Under the pieces are notes generated by a model. The model was given only the letters and a program-made list of their open reading frames with translations, searched no databases and was not told the DNA's origin. The position numbers and the translations under genes were made by a program. A stretch of 16,644 bases of DNA from Clostridia bacterium (lineage in GTDB: Bacteria > Bacillota > Clostridia > Christensenellales > Aristaeellaceae). Shown piece by piece: positions 1 through 8,149 of this stretch (positions are counted from its first letter, which is position 1; each line of letters opens with the position of its first letter). The stretch is from the NCBI GenBank assembly GCA_045617125.1, contig JAZLIA010000137.1, positions 1 through 16,644 on the forward strand, written 5' to 3'.

Positions 1-695
1 TTTTGCTCCCGCCCTTCCGTCAGTATAGCATCATACTTCTTCTCGAAGTCAGCGATTTTTCGTTTCTCAAAGGAGTAGATTCACTTGAGTAACAGCATTT
101 TACGCTCTTTATTCATTCTCGTCAGCAGCGACTTCATTTTATCCGACCATTTGTTTCCGGTATCCTGTGAATTCTTAGTCAGATACCGGAGAAGATGGAC
201 ATTACATTCGGCATGACCGGTGCCAAAAATGATATAGTGCTGTTTCGTGGTCATGAACAAATATCCCTTGATAATCCTTGATGACCGGTACCTTTTTCAA
301 GCATTCAATCGTTTTCTTGTCCATTCCGACATACAGTACACTTCTTGTACTGCTGATGCTTCGGATGATGGCTGTGATGAAATGTTGCTGTCGTTATTGA
401 TGATGCTCTTCAGCCGTTCATTGTCTTCGCGTAGCGCTTCATTCTCCGTTTCCAGTTCTTTTACCCGGCATTCAAGAACATTGATTCGTTCTACCAGCGG
501 TCCAACTATTTCCTGTATATCACGGCGGAATTGACTCCGCAGTTCGCTTACTTCTTGCTCGTGAGCTTGCTTTTCTTTTTTGTACCGTTCCTGCCATTTC
601 TTGGCGCGTTCTTCTGCCGCTTCCCACTGATGAAACAAGTCTGCATCTGTGTGCCAAGCTGCCATCTGACCACGCCTCCTCTGAATATTTCTCAC
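1..695 (-). pseudogene. IS66-family (ISBst12-like) transposase remnant, truncated by the window edge and disrupted by an internal deletion, a frameshift and an in-frame stop
   Basis: The minus-strand ORF 297..695 encodes a leucine-zipper/coiled-coil N-terminus (VKELETENEALREDNERLKSIINNDSNISSQPSSEA). This matches the typical IS66 LZ domain followed by the DSSNSSKPPSSD-type motif, and the ORF then stops. About 40 nt downstream on the same strand, reading by eye gives GIFVHDHETALYHF (approx. 247..270). After a frame change it gives GTGHAECNVHLLRYLTKN...KWSDKMKSLLTRMNKERKMLLLK (approx. 84..225), resembling the VHDH...CNAHxLREL catalytic C-terminal region of this transposase group. An in-frame TGA lies at 81..83, after which the same frame continues (IYSFEKRKIADFEKKYDAILTEGREQ) to position 1. 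The zinc-finger region and first part of the DDE domain that normally separate these segments are absent. Confidence 0.65.
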
Positions 696-808
696 TTTAT
701 ATATTCGAGACGGCTTGCCCTTCTTCCTTTTGGTCAGATTGTTTTTTTATTGTATTTGGTCCTTTCATTCAAAATAGGTGAATGGTAACCATGCTTCAGA
801 ACTTTCTG

Positions 809-837
809 TAAACAAAATGATTATTATGTGTTATAAT
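809..837 (+). promoter_or_regulatory. Putative SigA-type promoter with extended -10 upstream of traX-like gene
   Basis: TAAACA (809..814), a 17 nt spacer, then TGtTATAAT (829..837). The -35 is weak (4/6) but the extended -10 is perfect. If this promoter is used, the transcript would start near 844, favouring the ATG at 872 over 851 as the start codon. Confidence 0.4.
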
Positions 838-850
838 CAACCCGATCACA

Positions 851-1642
851 ATGGAAGGAATCGGAATACTGATGCAGAAGGAAAAAATATGCGGAAATAC
901 TGCCACCGGTACGTTGAAGCTGATCGCCCTGATCTTCATGCTCACGGATCATGCAGGTGCCGCTTTTTTTAACGGCAAAGCGGGCTTCCTGCCCTATGTT
1001 GCCGAAATGAGAGTGCTTGGAAGGATCGCGTTCCCGATTTATGCCTGGTGTATCGCAGTGGGAGTGTGCTACACAAGGAATGTTTACCGATATCTGCTCA
1101 GAATGCTGATCATGACAGTGATCAGCCAGCCGGTATACGCACTGGCTATGGGACATGCCTGGTATCAGATGAACATCTTCGGCACACTTTCTTTAGGCCT
1201 CGCAGCAGTGATCGGAATACGGGAAAACCGTTTTTGCAGCAGACTCTGGGCGCCTCTTATCTGTGTTGGGGCTACGTTTTTGATCACGGTGGATTATGGC
1301 TGGCAGGGGGTCTTGTTCATAATCCTTCTTTATCTGTGCAGGAAAGAAAAAGGATCCCTTATCGCGGTCATGATCGCGTACTGCCTGTTCTGGGGGTATA
1401 CCAGCGGATCTTCATTGACAAGCCTGTTCGGGATCGTTCTGCCAAAGCAAATTTCCTTCCTTCCCCGTGCAGATAAGTTCCTGGCAAGTATTTTCAGAAT
1501 GCAGTTCTGCGCCGTACTCGCGCTGCCTTTCCTTTTGATTCCGATGAAGAATGTAAAAATCAGCAAAAAGATCGCCTATGCACTTTATCCTGCACATTTG
1601 TTGGTGATCCTTATGATACGATATGCATTGGGACTGATGTAA
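851..1642 (+). CDS. TraX-family integral membrane protein (putative acyltransferase family)
   Basis: A 263 aa polytopic membrane protein. LKLIALIFMLTDHAG...LGRIAFPIYAWCIAVG...RYLLRMLIMTVISQP...NIFGTLSLGL matches the hallmark TraX family N-terminal pattern (LKxIAxxxMxxDHxG, GRxAFPxF). An alternative start at ATG 872 (MQKEK...) is preceded by GGAAGGAA. Confidence 0.8.
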   Translation: MEGIGILMQKEKICGNTATGTLKLIALIFMLTDHAGAAFFNGKAGFLPYVAEMRVLGRIAFPIYAWCIAVGVCYTRNVYRYLLRMLIMTVISQPVYALAMGHAWYQMNIFGTLSLGLAAVIGIRENRFCSRLWAPLICVGATFLITVDYGWQGVLFIILLYLCRKEKGSLIAVMIAYCLFWGYTSGSSLTSLFGIVLPKQISFLPRADKFLASIFRMQFCAVLALPFLLIPMKNVKISKKIAYALYPAHLLVILMIRYALGLM

Positions 1643-1700
1643 AAAAGTAGATGATCGCAGTCCGGTTTATGGAGAAAACGATGGAAAAGGACACGAATGG

Positions 1701-2999
1701 ATGGAAAATAAGGCTCTGATGCAGAAGGTGCTGGCAGAATACAGGCATATTCAAAGCCCGGGAAGGGTTTTATGCGCAGTATCCGGAGGAGCGGATTCTG
1801 TGGCCCTTCTGTGCATACTATGCGCTCTGGCACATGAAAAGGAATCATTCGGACTGGTAGCGGTCCATGTGAATCATGGGCTTCGCGAAGCCTCTGCGTC
1901 AGAGGAAAAGAAAGTGGAAGAACTTTGCCGCATGCTTCAGGTTCCGCTCAGGATCCGGAGGGTCAAAGTTCCAAAGCGTGGAAATACAGAGAACGAAGCC
2001 AGGAAAATGCGTTATGAGGCCTTGTTTTCTGTTGCAATGGAGGAAAAGTGCGAGGTGATCGCGCTTGCCCATCACGCAAGAGATCAGGCAGAAACCGTAC
2101 TTATGCGTTTGATGCGCGGGTGCGGTGACGGCGTGACAGCCATGAACGGGTATTCAAAACGGGAAAACGGGGTCGCTTTGTGGCGGCCGCTGCTCAGCGT
2201 ACACCCGGATGAACTGAGAGAATACCTGAGAAGTCAGAAAATCAGCTGGTGTGAGGATGAAAGCAACCGGGACGAGACCTATCTCAGGAACTTTTTACGG
2301 TGGAAGGTGCTGCCTGAACTGGAACAGAGAGATAAGGACACCCTGACACATTTTTGCCGGAGCGCAGCTCTTCTTTCGGATGAACATGCTTATGTTGCGG
2401 ACCAGGCCCTGAAGCTGCTCACGCTGTGCTCCGGAAAAGACGGGCTGCCCTATCTGGATGTAAGGATGCTGATGGATCAGCACATTGCCGTAAAGCGGAT
2501 GGCGGTGCGTTTGTTTCTTAAAGAATGTATGGAAGAGGTACCGTTTTCAGCAGCAGAGAGCGTGATGACATTGAAGGATGGCAGCCGCTGCGTGCTGAGA
2601 AACGGCACTACCTTGGAAAGATACGGAAACAGAGTGTATCTGCTTCCGGAAAATGAATCGCCTTCTCCGGAAGGCAGGATGGAAATTCTGGAATATGACG
2701 GCAGATACCGGGGGAATGGAAAACTTGTGCAGGCGATGGCGAAAGCTGTGTATGAAGGAAGCGAACTTCGTTTCAGAAAGGAGGGAGATATCATTTCTCC
2801 CTTTGGAATGAAGGGGACGAAAACCTTGAGCGATTACATGACCGACCGGAAAATTCCACGGCCGCTGAGAGATAGGGTCCCGTTGCTTTGCAGGGAAAAC
2901 AGGGTGCTGTGGGTGATCGGGTATGGAGCCGATTCGTTATGCAGGGTGAATGAAAATGAGGAAGCAGTGCTGCTTACTTATAAAGACGGTAATGAATAG
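1701..2999 (+). CDS. tilS: tRNA(Ile)-lysidine synthetase
   Basis: PP-loop motif SGGADS (AVSGGADSVALL), then HVNHGLR, ARKMRY and LAHHARDQAETVLMRLMRG. The C-terminal TilS substrate-binding domain is present (TKTLSDYMTDRKIPRPLRDRVPLLCRENRVLWVIGYG). Length is 432 aa. Confidence 0.92.
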   Translation: MENKALMQKVLAEYRHIQSPGRVLCAVSGGADSVALLCILCALAHEKESFGLVAVHVNHGLREASASEEKKVEELCRMLQVPLRIRRVKVPKRGNTENEARKMRYEALFSVAMEEKCEVIALAHHARDQAETVLMRLMRGCGDGVTAMNGYSKRENGVALWRPLLSVHPDELREYLRSQKISWCEDESNRDETYLRNFLRWKVLPELEQRDKDTLTHFCRSAALLSDEHAYVADQALKLLTLCSGKDGLPYLDVRMLMDQHIAVKRMAVRLFLKECMEEVPFSAAESVMTLKDGSRCVLRNGTTLERYGNRVYLLPENESPSPEGRMEILEYDGRYRGNGKLVQAMAKAVYEGSELRFRKEGDIISPFGMKGTKTLSDYMTDRKIPRPLRDRVPLLCRENRVLWVIGYGADSLCRVNENEEAVLLTYKDGNE

Positions 3000-3019
3000 G
3001 GAAGAGCATTGAGAAATGT

Positions 3020-3056
3020 AAAAGCAGGAGCCCGGTAAAAAGCTCCTGCTTTTTTT
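3020..3056. terminator. Rho-independent terminator between convergent tilS and hppA
   Basis: A perfect 9 bp stem, AGCAGGAGC (3023..3031) with GCTCCTGCT (3042..3050), extendable by A-U pairs. The loop is about 10 nt and is followed by a T7 run (3050..3056) on the plus strand. The short A-run on the left gives a weaker U-tract for the minus-strand transcript. Confidence 0.8.
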
Positions 3057-3078
3057 GAGGCCTTTCGGCCTGTGATGA

Positions 3079-5184
3079 TCAGAAAATATGGAAGGAAGAG
3101 AACACAGTGCGCAGGGTGTTGGCAACGGTGGACATGGTTTTGATGAAAATGTCCAGAGCAACGCCAACAACATCCTTACGGGTGTCGCCGATGGTGTCAC
3201 CAGTAACAGCGGCCTTGTGCGCAGCGGAACCTTTGCCGTAGCCCTTCAGGCTGCCGCTTTCGATATACTTTTTCGCATTGTCGAAGGCACCGCCGGAGTT
3301 GCCCATGAAAATGGCGCGCGGGATCGCAACGATGGTGGCGCCGATTAGGATGCCGCCGACGAAATCAACACCGAACACGATGCCGCCCACAATGGGAATG
3401 CACAGAGCAAGCACGGAAGGAACGAGCATCTTACGCAGAGCGGTCTTCGCGGCCATTGCGATCATCTTGTTATAATCGGGCTTGACTTTGCCTTCGATCA
3501 CACCGGGGATGCTGAGAAGCTTGTCGCCTTCGTCAGCCATGGCCTTGGCGGAATCGATGGTGTTGTCGGTGAGCATGGCGGAGAAGAATTCAATGAGAGC
3601 ACCGCCGATGAGAGCACCGGCAACAACGGCATAAGCAGCAATGTTAAGAACCGGTTCCGCAGCTCCCTTGGTGCTTACGTAGGAAACGATCAGAGACACG
3701 GTGGCAAAGGCGGCGCTGCCGATGGCAAAGCCCTTGCCGATGGCGGCAGTGGTGTTGCCGACGGCATCGAGCTTATCGGTGATCACACGCACGTTTTCAG
3801 CCAGATGGCAGCTTTCGGCAAGGCCGCCGGCGTTATCTGCGATGGGACCAAAGGCATCGATGGAAACGGTGCAGCCCACAAAGCTGAGCATACCCAGGGC
3901 GGCAATGGCGATGCCGTAGGTTCCGCACAGGAAACCGGAAGCAAACAGGCACACGCCGATGAGCAGAATGGGGAGCAGGCAGCTGCGGCTGCCGATGGCG
4001 TCACCCTTGGTGACGATGAAGGCTTCACCCTCGGGAGCCATTTCGGCGAGCTTGCGGGTGGGCTTGTAATCAGTGGAGGTGTAGTATTCGGTGATGATGC
4101 CGATAAGCACGCCGCTCGCGATGCCCAGCAGAGAGCATACCCAGGGAGTGACCCAGCCCAGCTTCCAGCCAAAGCCGGTGAGATCCTTGCCGCTGAAGAT
4201 GATCAGCACAGCCAGGAAGCCCAGCACCACAGTGATGCCGGAAGAAATGTAGGTGGCCATATTGAGTTCCTTGGAGGGATTGTCGCCCATTTTCTTGAAA
4301 GCGGCATAGCCCAGACCCACCAGGCAGCCCAGCAGACCGCAGCCGGCAAGCACAATGGGGAAGATGACGGAAGCATCGAAAATATCCTTGCCGGTGAAGA
4401 AGGTGACCGCGATCATCAGGGCAGCAGCCATGGTGGCAACGAAGCTTTCCAGAAGGTCAGAGCAGTTGCCGGCGATGTCGTTGACGTTGTCGCCGATGAA
4501 GTCAGCTACCACATTAGGCACGCGGCTGTCATCCTCAGGCAGATCGTGACGGATCTTTGCCAGGATATCGCTGGAAATATCGGCCGCCTTGGTATAGTTG
4601 CCGCCGGCGACGCGGTTGAACATGGCCACCAGAGAGCAGCCCAGGGAATAGGTGGTGACCAGCATGATGGAACCGTTGCACTTGAGGGATTCGATGCCCA
4701 GCAGGCCGATCCCCTCTTCCAGGTCGTTGACACCGTTGATCAGAAGCACGATCACCAGACCCAGCATACCGAAGGCCTGCACAGCAAGGCCGGAAATACT
4801 GCCGCCGCACAGAGCAACCTTGACAGTTTCTCCGATGGAAAGGCTTTCGCGGGCCTTGTTCGCTGTGCGCACATTGGCATATGTGGCACTGCGCATGCCG
4901 AGAACGCACACACAGCTGCTCATCATAGCGCCCAGCAGGAAGGTGAGACCGCTGAACTTTTCAATGAAAAGACTGAAGAGAAGAGCAATAAGAATAACCA
5001 CGATCACGATGGTACGGTATTCGGTGATCATAAAGGTGTTGGCACCGCTGCGGATGATCCCCGCCATTTCGATCATTTCGGAAGTGCCTTCATCCATTTT
5101 GCGGATGCGGATGTAGTTATAAACTACGTACGCGATGGCAAGCAGGATCACGGCCAGTACGATGAGCCACACAAAAGAACCCAT
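3079..5184 (-). CDS. hppA: Membrane-integral (V-type) inorganic pyrophosphatase, predicted K+-dependent, cation-pumping
   Basis: A 701 aa protein with about 16 predicted TM helices. M-PPase motifs are present: YTKAADISSD, PEDDSRVPNVVADFIGDNVNDIAGNCSDLLES, DAFGPIADNAGGLAES, LDAVGNTTAAIGKGFAIGSAA, NSGGAFDNAKKYIE and HKAAVTGDTIGDTRKD. A strong RBS AAGGAGGT (complement of 5191..5198) precedes the ATG. Confidence 0.92.
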   Translation of the reverse strand: MGSFVWLIVLAVILLAIAYVVYNYIRIRKMDEGTSEMIEMAGIIRSGANTFMITEYRTIVIVVILIALLFSLFIEKFSGLTFLLGAMMSSCVCVLGMRSATYANVRTANKARESLSIGETVKVALCGGSISGLAVQAFGMLGLVIVLLINGVNDLEEGIGLLGIESLKCNGSIMLVTTYSLGCSLVAMFNRVAGGNYTKAADISSDILAKIRHDLPEDDSRVPNVVADFIGDNVNDIAGNCSDLLESFVATMAAALMIAVTFFTGKDIFDASVIFPIVLAGCGLLGCLVGLGYAAFKKMGDNPSKELNMATYISSGITVVLGFLAVLIIFSGKDLTGFGWKLGWVTPWVCSLLGIASGVLIGIITEYYTSTDYKPTRKLAEMAPEGEAFIVTKGDAIGSRSCLLPILLIGVCLFASGFLCGTYGIAIAALGMLSFVGCTVSIDAFGPIADNAGGLAESCHLAENVRVITDKLDAVGNTTAAIGKGFAIGSAAFATVSLIVSYVSTKGAAEPVLNIAAYAVVAGALIGGALIEFFSAMLTDNTIDSAKAMADEGDKLLSIPGVIEGKVKPDYNKMIAMAAKTALRKMLVPSVLALCIPIVGGIVFGVDFVGGILIGATIVAIPRAIFMGNSGGAFDNAKKYIESGSLKGYGKGSAAHKAAVTGDTIGDTRKDVVGVALDIFIKTMSTVANTLRTVFSSFHIF

Positions 5185-5215
5185 GATTTGACCTCCTTCA
5201 AAATTTCGTCATTTT

Positions 5216-5244
5216 ATTATAGCGTAAGCAGTTACGGGATGCAA
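5216..5244 (-). promoter_or_regulatory. Putative SigA-type promoter for hppA
   Basis: On the minus strand: TTGCAT (5244..5239), a 17 nt spacer, then TATAAT (5221..5216). The RBS and ATG lie about 25 to 35 nt downstream. Confidence 0.55.
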
Positions 5245-5306
5245 TATGCAAAAGTATTATTTTAATATGAAAAAACTGAATACAGACGAGAAAATAAATT
5301 AATATG

Positions 5307-5325
5307 TGAAATATTTATGAAATAT
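5307..5325 (+). promoter_or_regulatory. Tandem TGAAATAT direct repeat just upstream of the -35 of the HD-GYP gene promoter (possible UP element or activator site)
   Basis: TGAAATAT occurs at 5307..5314 and again at 5318..5325, with an 11 bp period (one helical turn). The repeat ends 2 bp before the TTGCAA -35 box. The surrounding sequence is AT-rich, so chance occurrence is possible. Confidence 0.25.
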
Positions 5326-5326
5326 G

Positions 5327-5355
5327 TTGCAATTAGATGAATTCTACAATATAAT
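5327..5355 (+). promoter_or_regulatory. Putative SigA-type promoter for the HD-GYP sensor gene
   Basis: TTGCAA (5327..5332), a 17 nt spacer, then TATAAT (5350..5355). This gives a leader of about 60 nt before ATG 5422. Confidence 0.55.
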
Positions 5356-5421
5356 CATAGAATACCGTGAGTATCTGTACGGTCATAGCCAAATGTGAGT
5401 ACAGAACGGGGAGGAGTAAAA

Positions 5422-7302
5422 ATGCGCGGAAGAGGAAAACACGGGTCAAGGGCAGCGGTAATAATCGCTTTGCTTGTGATCTGCCTGACCGGGACCGTTT
5501 CAAGCGCGTGTGCCGATGAACCAAATGTCGGTTTTTATCTGAGAGACAGCTATAACACGCTGCTCAGTTTGTTTGACACAATGAATATACGGGAGGGCAT
5601 ATTCCGCCGTACTGCCGATTTTTCCAAAGATGGCTACAGTGCCCTGCAGGATGCGATCTCCTTCCGGAAGGAAGATGGTGTAAGCGGAACGGTGGAGATC
5701 GCGTTTCCCATCCTGACCCTTCCGGGAGAAAGCAATCTCAGCTATATCGCGACGGACTGCGCGGTGGATGTGAACCTGTCCCTTGTGTTTGCAAACGGAT
5801 ATAGTGAGGATACCCTTCGCGTCATTGCCGTGCCGGATCACAGCTATATCGAAAAATATGTAAGCAATGTGTATCCCGGGGCTGTTATAAAGACTTATAC
5901 GGGAAGTGCGGAATGCCTTTATGCCCTGTCGGACGGATCGGTCGAAAGCGCCCTGATCCTGACATGCGAGCTGAACGATGTTCTTTATTCAGACAAACGC
6001 TTTGACGGATATGGGACCGTGCAGCCGGAAGTACCCTGCAGACTGTGCATTGCCGTGCAGGATGAGGAACTTGCCGGGAAGATCAATTCAGCGATGGCTG
6101 ACCCCTCCATCCGTTTGCGGGCGGAAGGAAAAATGCGCACCTTCCTTCAGGGAGCGGCAGCGCGTGCGGGAAGAAAGAACTTTATTGCCAGCAACATCGC
6201 TCTGCTGGTGTTCATTCCGGTGATGATCGCGATGATCGTGGTGATCTGGGTGCTCTACAAGCGCTATAAGACGGCTCACCGCGAACAGGAGGCGGTGATC
6301 AACGGCCTCAGCTCCGACTTTGTGTGCATTACCCTGCTGGATGCCCGTTCCAAGCATGAGAACCGGATCCGCATCAATCCCGAATTTGAAAATAAGATCG
6401 ATCAGTGGGCGGAGACCAGCGATTTTGACCTTCGTATGCGAAAACTTGCGGATAAGCTGGTGTTCGAAGAAGACCGCACCCGTTTCCTCAGAGAGACCGA
6501 CCGGCAGCATGTTCTGGATGAACTGAAGGAAAGCACCTCTTTCACAGTGAATTACAGGCTTATGACCGATCAGGGCGTGCGCTATTTCCAGAGCAAGTAT
6601 GTAAGGGATGAAGAAAACAAGAACAACATCATTATGGGTATTCACGATGTGGATCGGGAGATCCGCAGGGAGCAGGAGCTTCAGAAGAAGATCCAGGAGA
6701 ACGCAATGGTACAGCGTCTGAGCCTGCAGATCGTGACCACCCTGGTGAAGATGATCGAAGCCAAGGACAAGTATACCAACGGGCATTCCATTCGTGTGGC
6801 TGAATATGCCAGGGAGATTGCTGCACGCAGCGGTATGGACGAAAAGAAGCAGCAGGAAATCTATTATATGGGTCTTCTGCATGATATTGGCAAGATCGGT
6901 GTGCCCGATGACGTGATCAACAAAACCGGACGGCTTACGGAAGAAGAATTTGCTCTGGTGCGCCGCCATCCCGTACTGGGCGGTGAAATTTTGGAGAGCA
7001 TTACCGAGATGCCCCGTCTTAAGGACGGCGCACGGCACCATCATGAGCATTATGACGGAAAAGGTTATCCCGATAAGCTTGCGGGAGAAAACATTTCCCG
7101 CGAGTCCCGTATTCTGGGAGTTGCGGATGCTTATGACGCAATGTCCTCGCCCCGCAGCTTCCGTGATGCGATGGAGCAGCCTGTTATACGCCATGAGATC
7201 GAAAAGGGAAAAGGCAACCAGTTCGATCCTGAATATGCCGATATCATGCTGCATATGATTGATGAAGACAAGGATTTCAACATGAGGGATATTCCCGGAT
7301 AA
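5422..7302 (+). CDS. Membrane-anchored signalling protein: signal peptide, extracytoplasmic SBP-like domain, TM helix, PAS-like domain, HD-GYP phosphohydrolase domain (putative c-di-GMP phosphodiesterase)
   Basis: The start was moved from GTG 5395 to ATG 5422, which lies 7 nt after GGAGGAG (5409..5415). The N-terminus MRGRGKHGSRAAVIIALLVICLTGTVSSACA is signal-peptide-like. Residues around 140 to 235 (IAVPDHSYIEKYVSNVYPGAVIKTYTGSAECLYALSDGSVESALI...CIAVQDEELAGKINSAM) resemble a type-3 periplasmic solute-binding fold. A TM helix follows (IALLVFIPVMIAMIVVIWVLY). The C-terminal HD-GYP domain shows HSIRVAEYA, LLHDIGKIGVPD, RRHP, HHHEHYDGKGYPD and GVADAYDAM. Confidence 0.85.
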   Translation: MRGRGKHGSRAAVIIALLVICLTGTVSSACADEPNVGFYLRDSYNTLLSLFDTMNIREGIFRRTADFSKDGYSALQDAISFRKEDGVSGTVEIAFPILTLPGESNLSYIATDCAVDVNLSLVFANGYSEDTLRVIAVPDHSYIEKYVSNVYPGAVIKTYTGSAECLYALSDGSVESALILTCELNDVLYSDKRFDGYGTVQPEVPCRLCIAVQDEELAGKINSAMADPSIRLRAEGKMRTFLQGAAARAGRKNFIASNIALLVFIPVMIAMIVVIWVLYKRYKTAHREQEAVINGLSSDFVCITLLDARSKHENRIRINPEFENKIDQWAETSDFDLRMRKLADKLVFEEDRTRFLRETDRQHVLDELKESTSFTVNYRLMTDQGVRYFQSKYVRDEENKNNIIMGIHDVDREIRREQELQKKIQENAMVQRLSLQIVTTLVKMIEAKDKYTNGHSIRVAEYAREIAARSGMDEKKQQEIYYMGLLHDIGKIGVPDDVINKTGRLTEEEFALVRRHPVLGGEILESITEMPRLKDGARHHHEHYDGKGYPDKLAGENISRESRILGVADAYDAMSSPRSFRDAMEQPVIRHEIEKGKGNQFDPEYADIMLHMIDEDKDFNMRDIPG

Positions 7303-7308
7303 CATTTC

Positions 7309-7336
7309 GGTGCTCCGTACCCGGAGCGCCGTTTTT
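7309..7336 (+). terminator. Rho-independent terminator after the HD-GYP gene
   Basis: GGTGCTCCG (7309..7317) pairs with CGGAGCGCC (7322..7330) across the loop TACC. This is a 9 bp stem with one G-U pair, followed by GTTTTT (7331..7336). Confidence 0.7.
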
Positions 7337-7431
7337 ATGGGTTTTCCTGTATTTTGCAGCTCAAAACCGGGATATCGGCCCTGAAACTTGATAAAAACTC
7401 TAAAAGTAACATATATGTAAAATATGCCCGA

Positions 7432-7460
7432 TTGCAATGAAAGCCAATCCGGTATATAAT
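7432..7460 (+). promoter_or_regulatory. Putative SigA-type promoter for upp (and probably the downstream V-ATPase operon)
   Basis: TTGCAA (7432..7437), a 17 nt spacer, then TATAAT (7455..7460). RBS AAAGGAGA lies at 7487..7494 and the ATG at 7500. The hexamers are identical to those of the promoter at 5327..5355. Confidence 0.6.
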
Positions 7461-7487
7461 TATATGGGAAAAAGTACACGGAATTGA

Positions 7488-8129
<642 letters not shown>

Positions 8130-8149
8130 CGTCAATGACGAGGTAAAAT

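Noticed and set aside
247-534. A 95 aa plus-strand ORF, and the 85 aa ORF at 531..788
   Set aside because: They are antisense to, or overlap, the IS66 remnant. Their sequences are serine/leucine-rich mirrors of the coiled-coil-coding strand, and there is no RBS.
3805-5265. A 486 aa plus-strand ORF (with neighbours 3088..3348, 3278..3475, 3701..3919, 4355..4549 and 4652..5116)
   Set aside because: It lies entirely antisense to hppA. Its product is low-complexity, rich in G, A, D, H and Q, with no motifs, no RBS and no membrane or fold logic. It is a typical shadow ORF produced by the GC3-rich codon usage of the real gene on the opposite strand.
5395-5421. The GTG 5395 start for the HD-GYP gene (and analogous long starts at 10410 and 11440)
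   Set aside because: Downstream in-frame starts are each preceded by strong GGAGG-type RBSs at proper spacing. They give N-termini that fit the protein families. The long forms would begin without an RBS or inside the preceding gene.
6088-7479. A 463 aa minus-strand ORF
   Set aside because: It is antisense to the HD-GYP gene, whose plus-strand product has unmistakable domain motifs. The minus-strand product has no recognisable motifs and would run through the terminator and the upp promoter region.
8130-8140. The perfect palindrome CGTCA-A-TGACG between upp and the first V-ATPase gene
   Set aside because: The arms are only 5 bp with a 1 nt centre. It cannot form a stable terminator hairpin, has no U-tract, and overlaps the RBS. 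It is too short to call a regulator site without comparative evidence.
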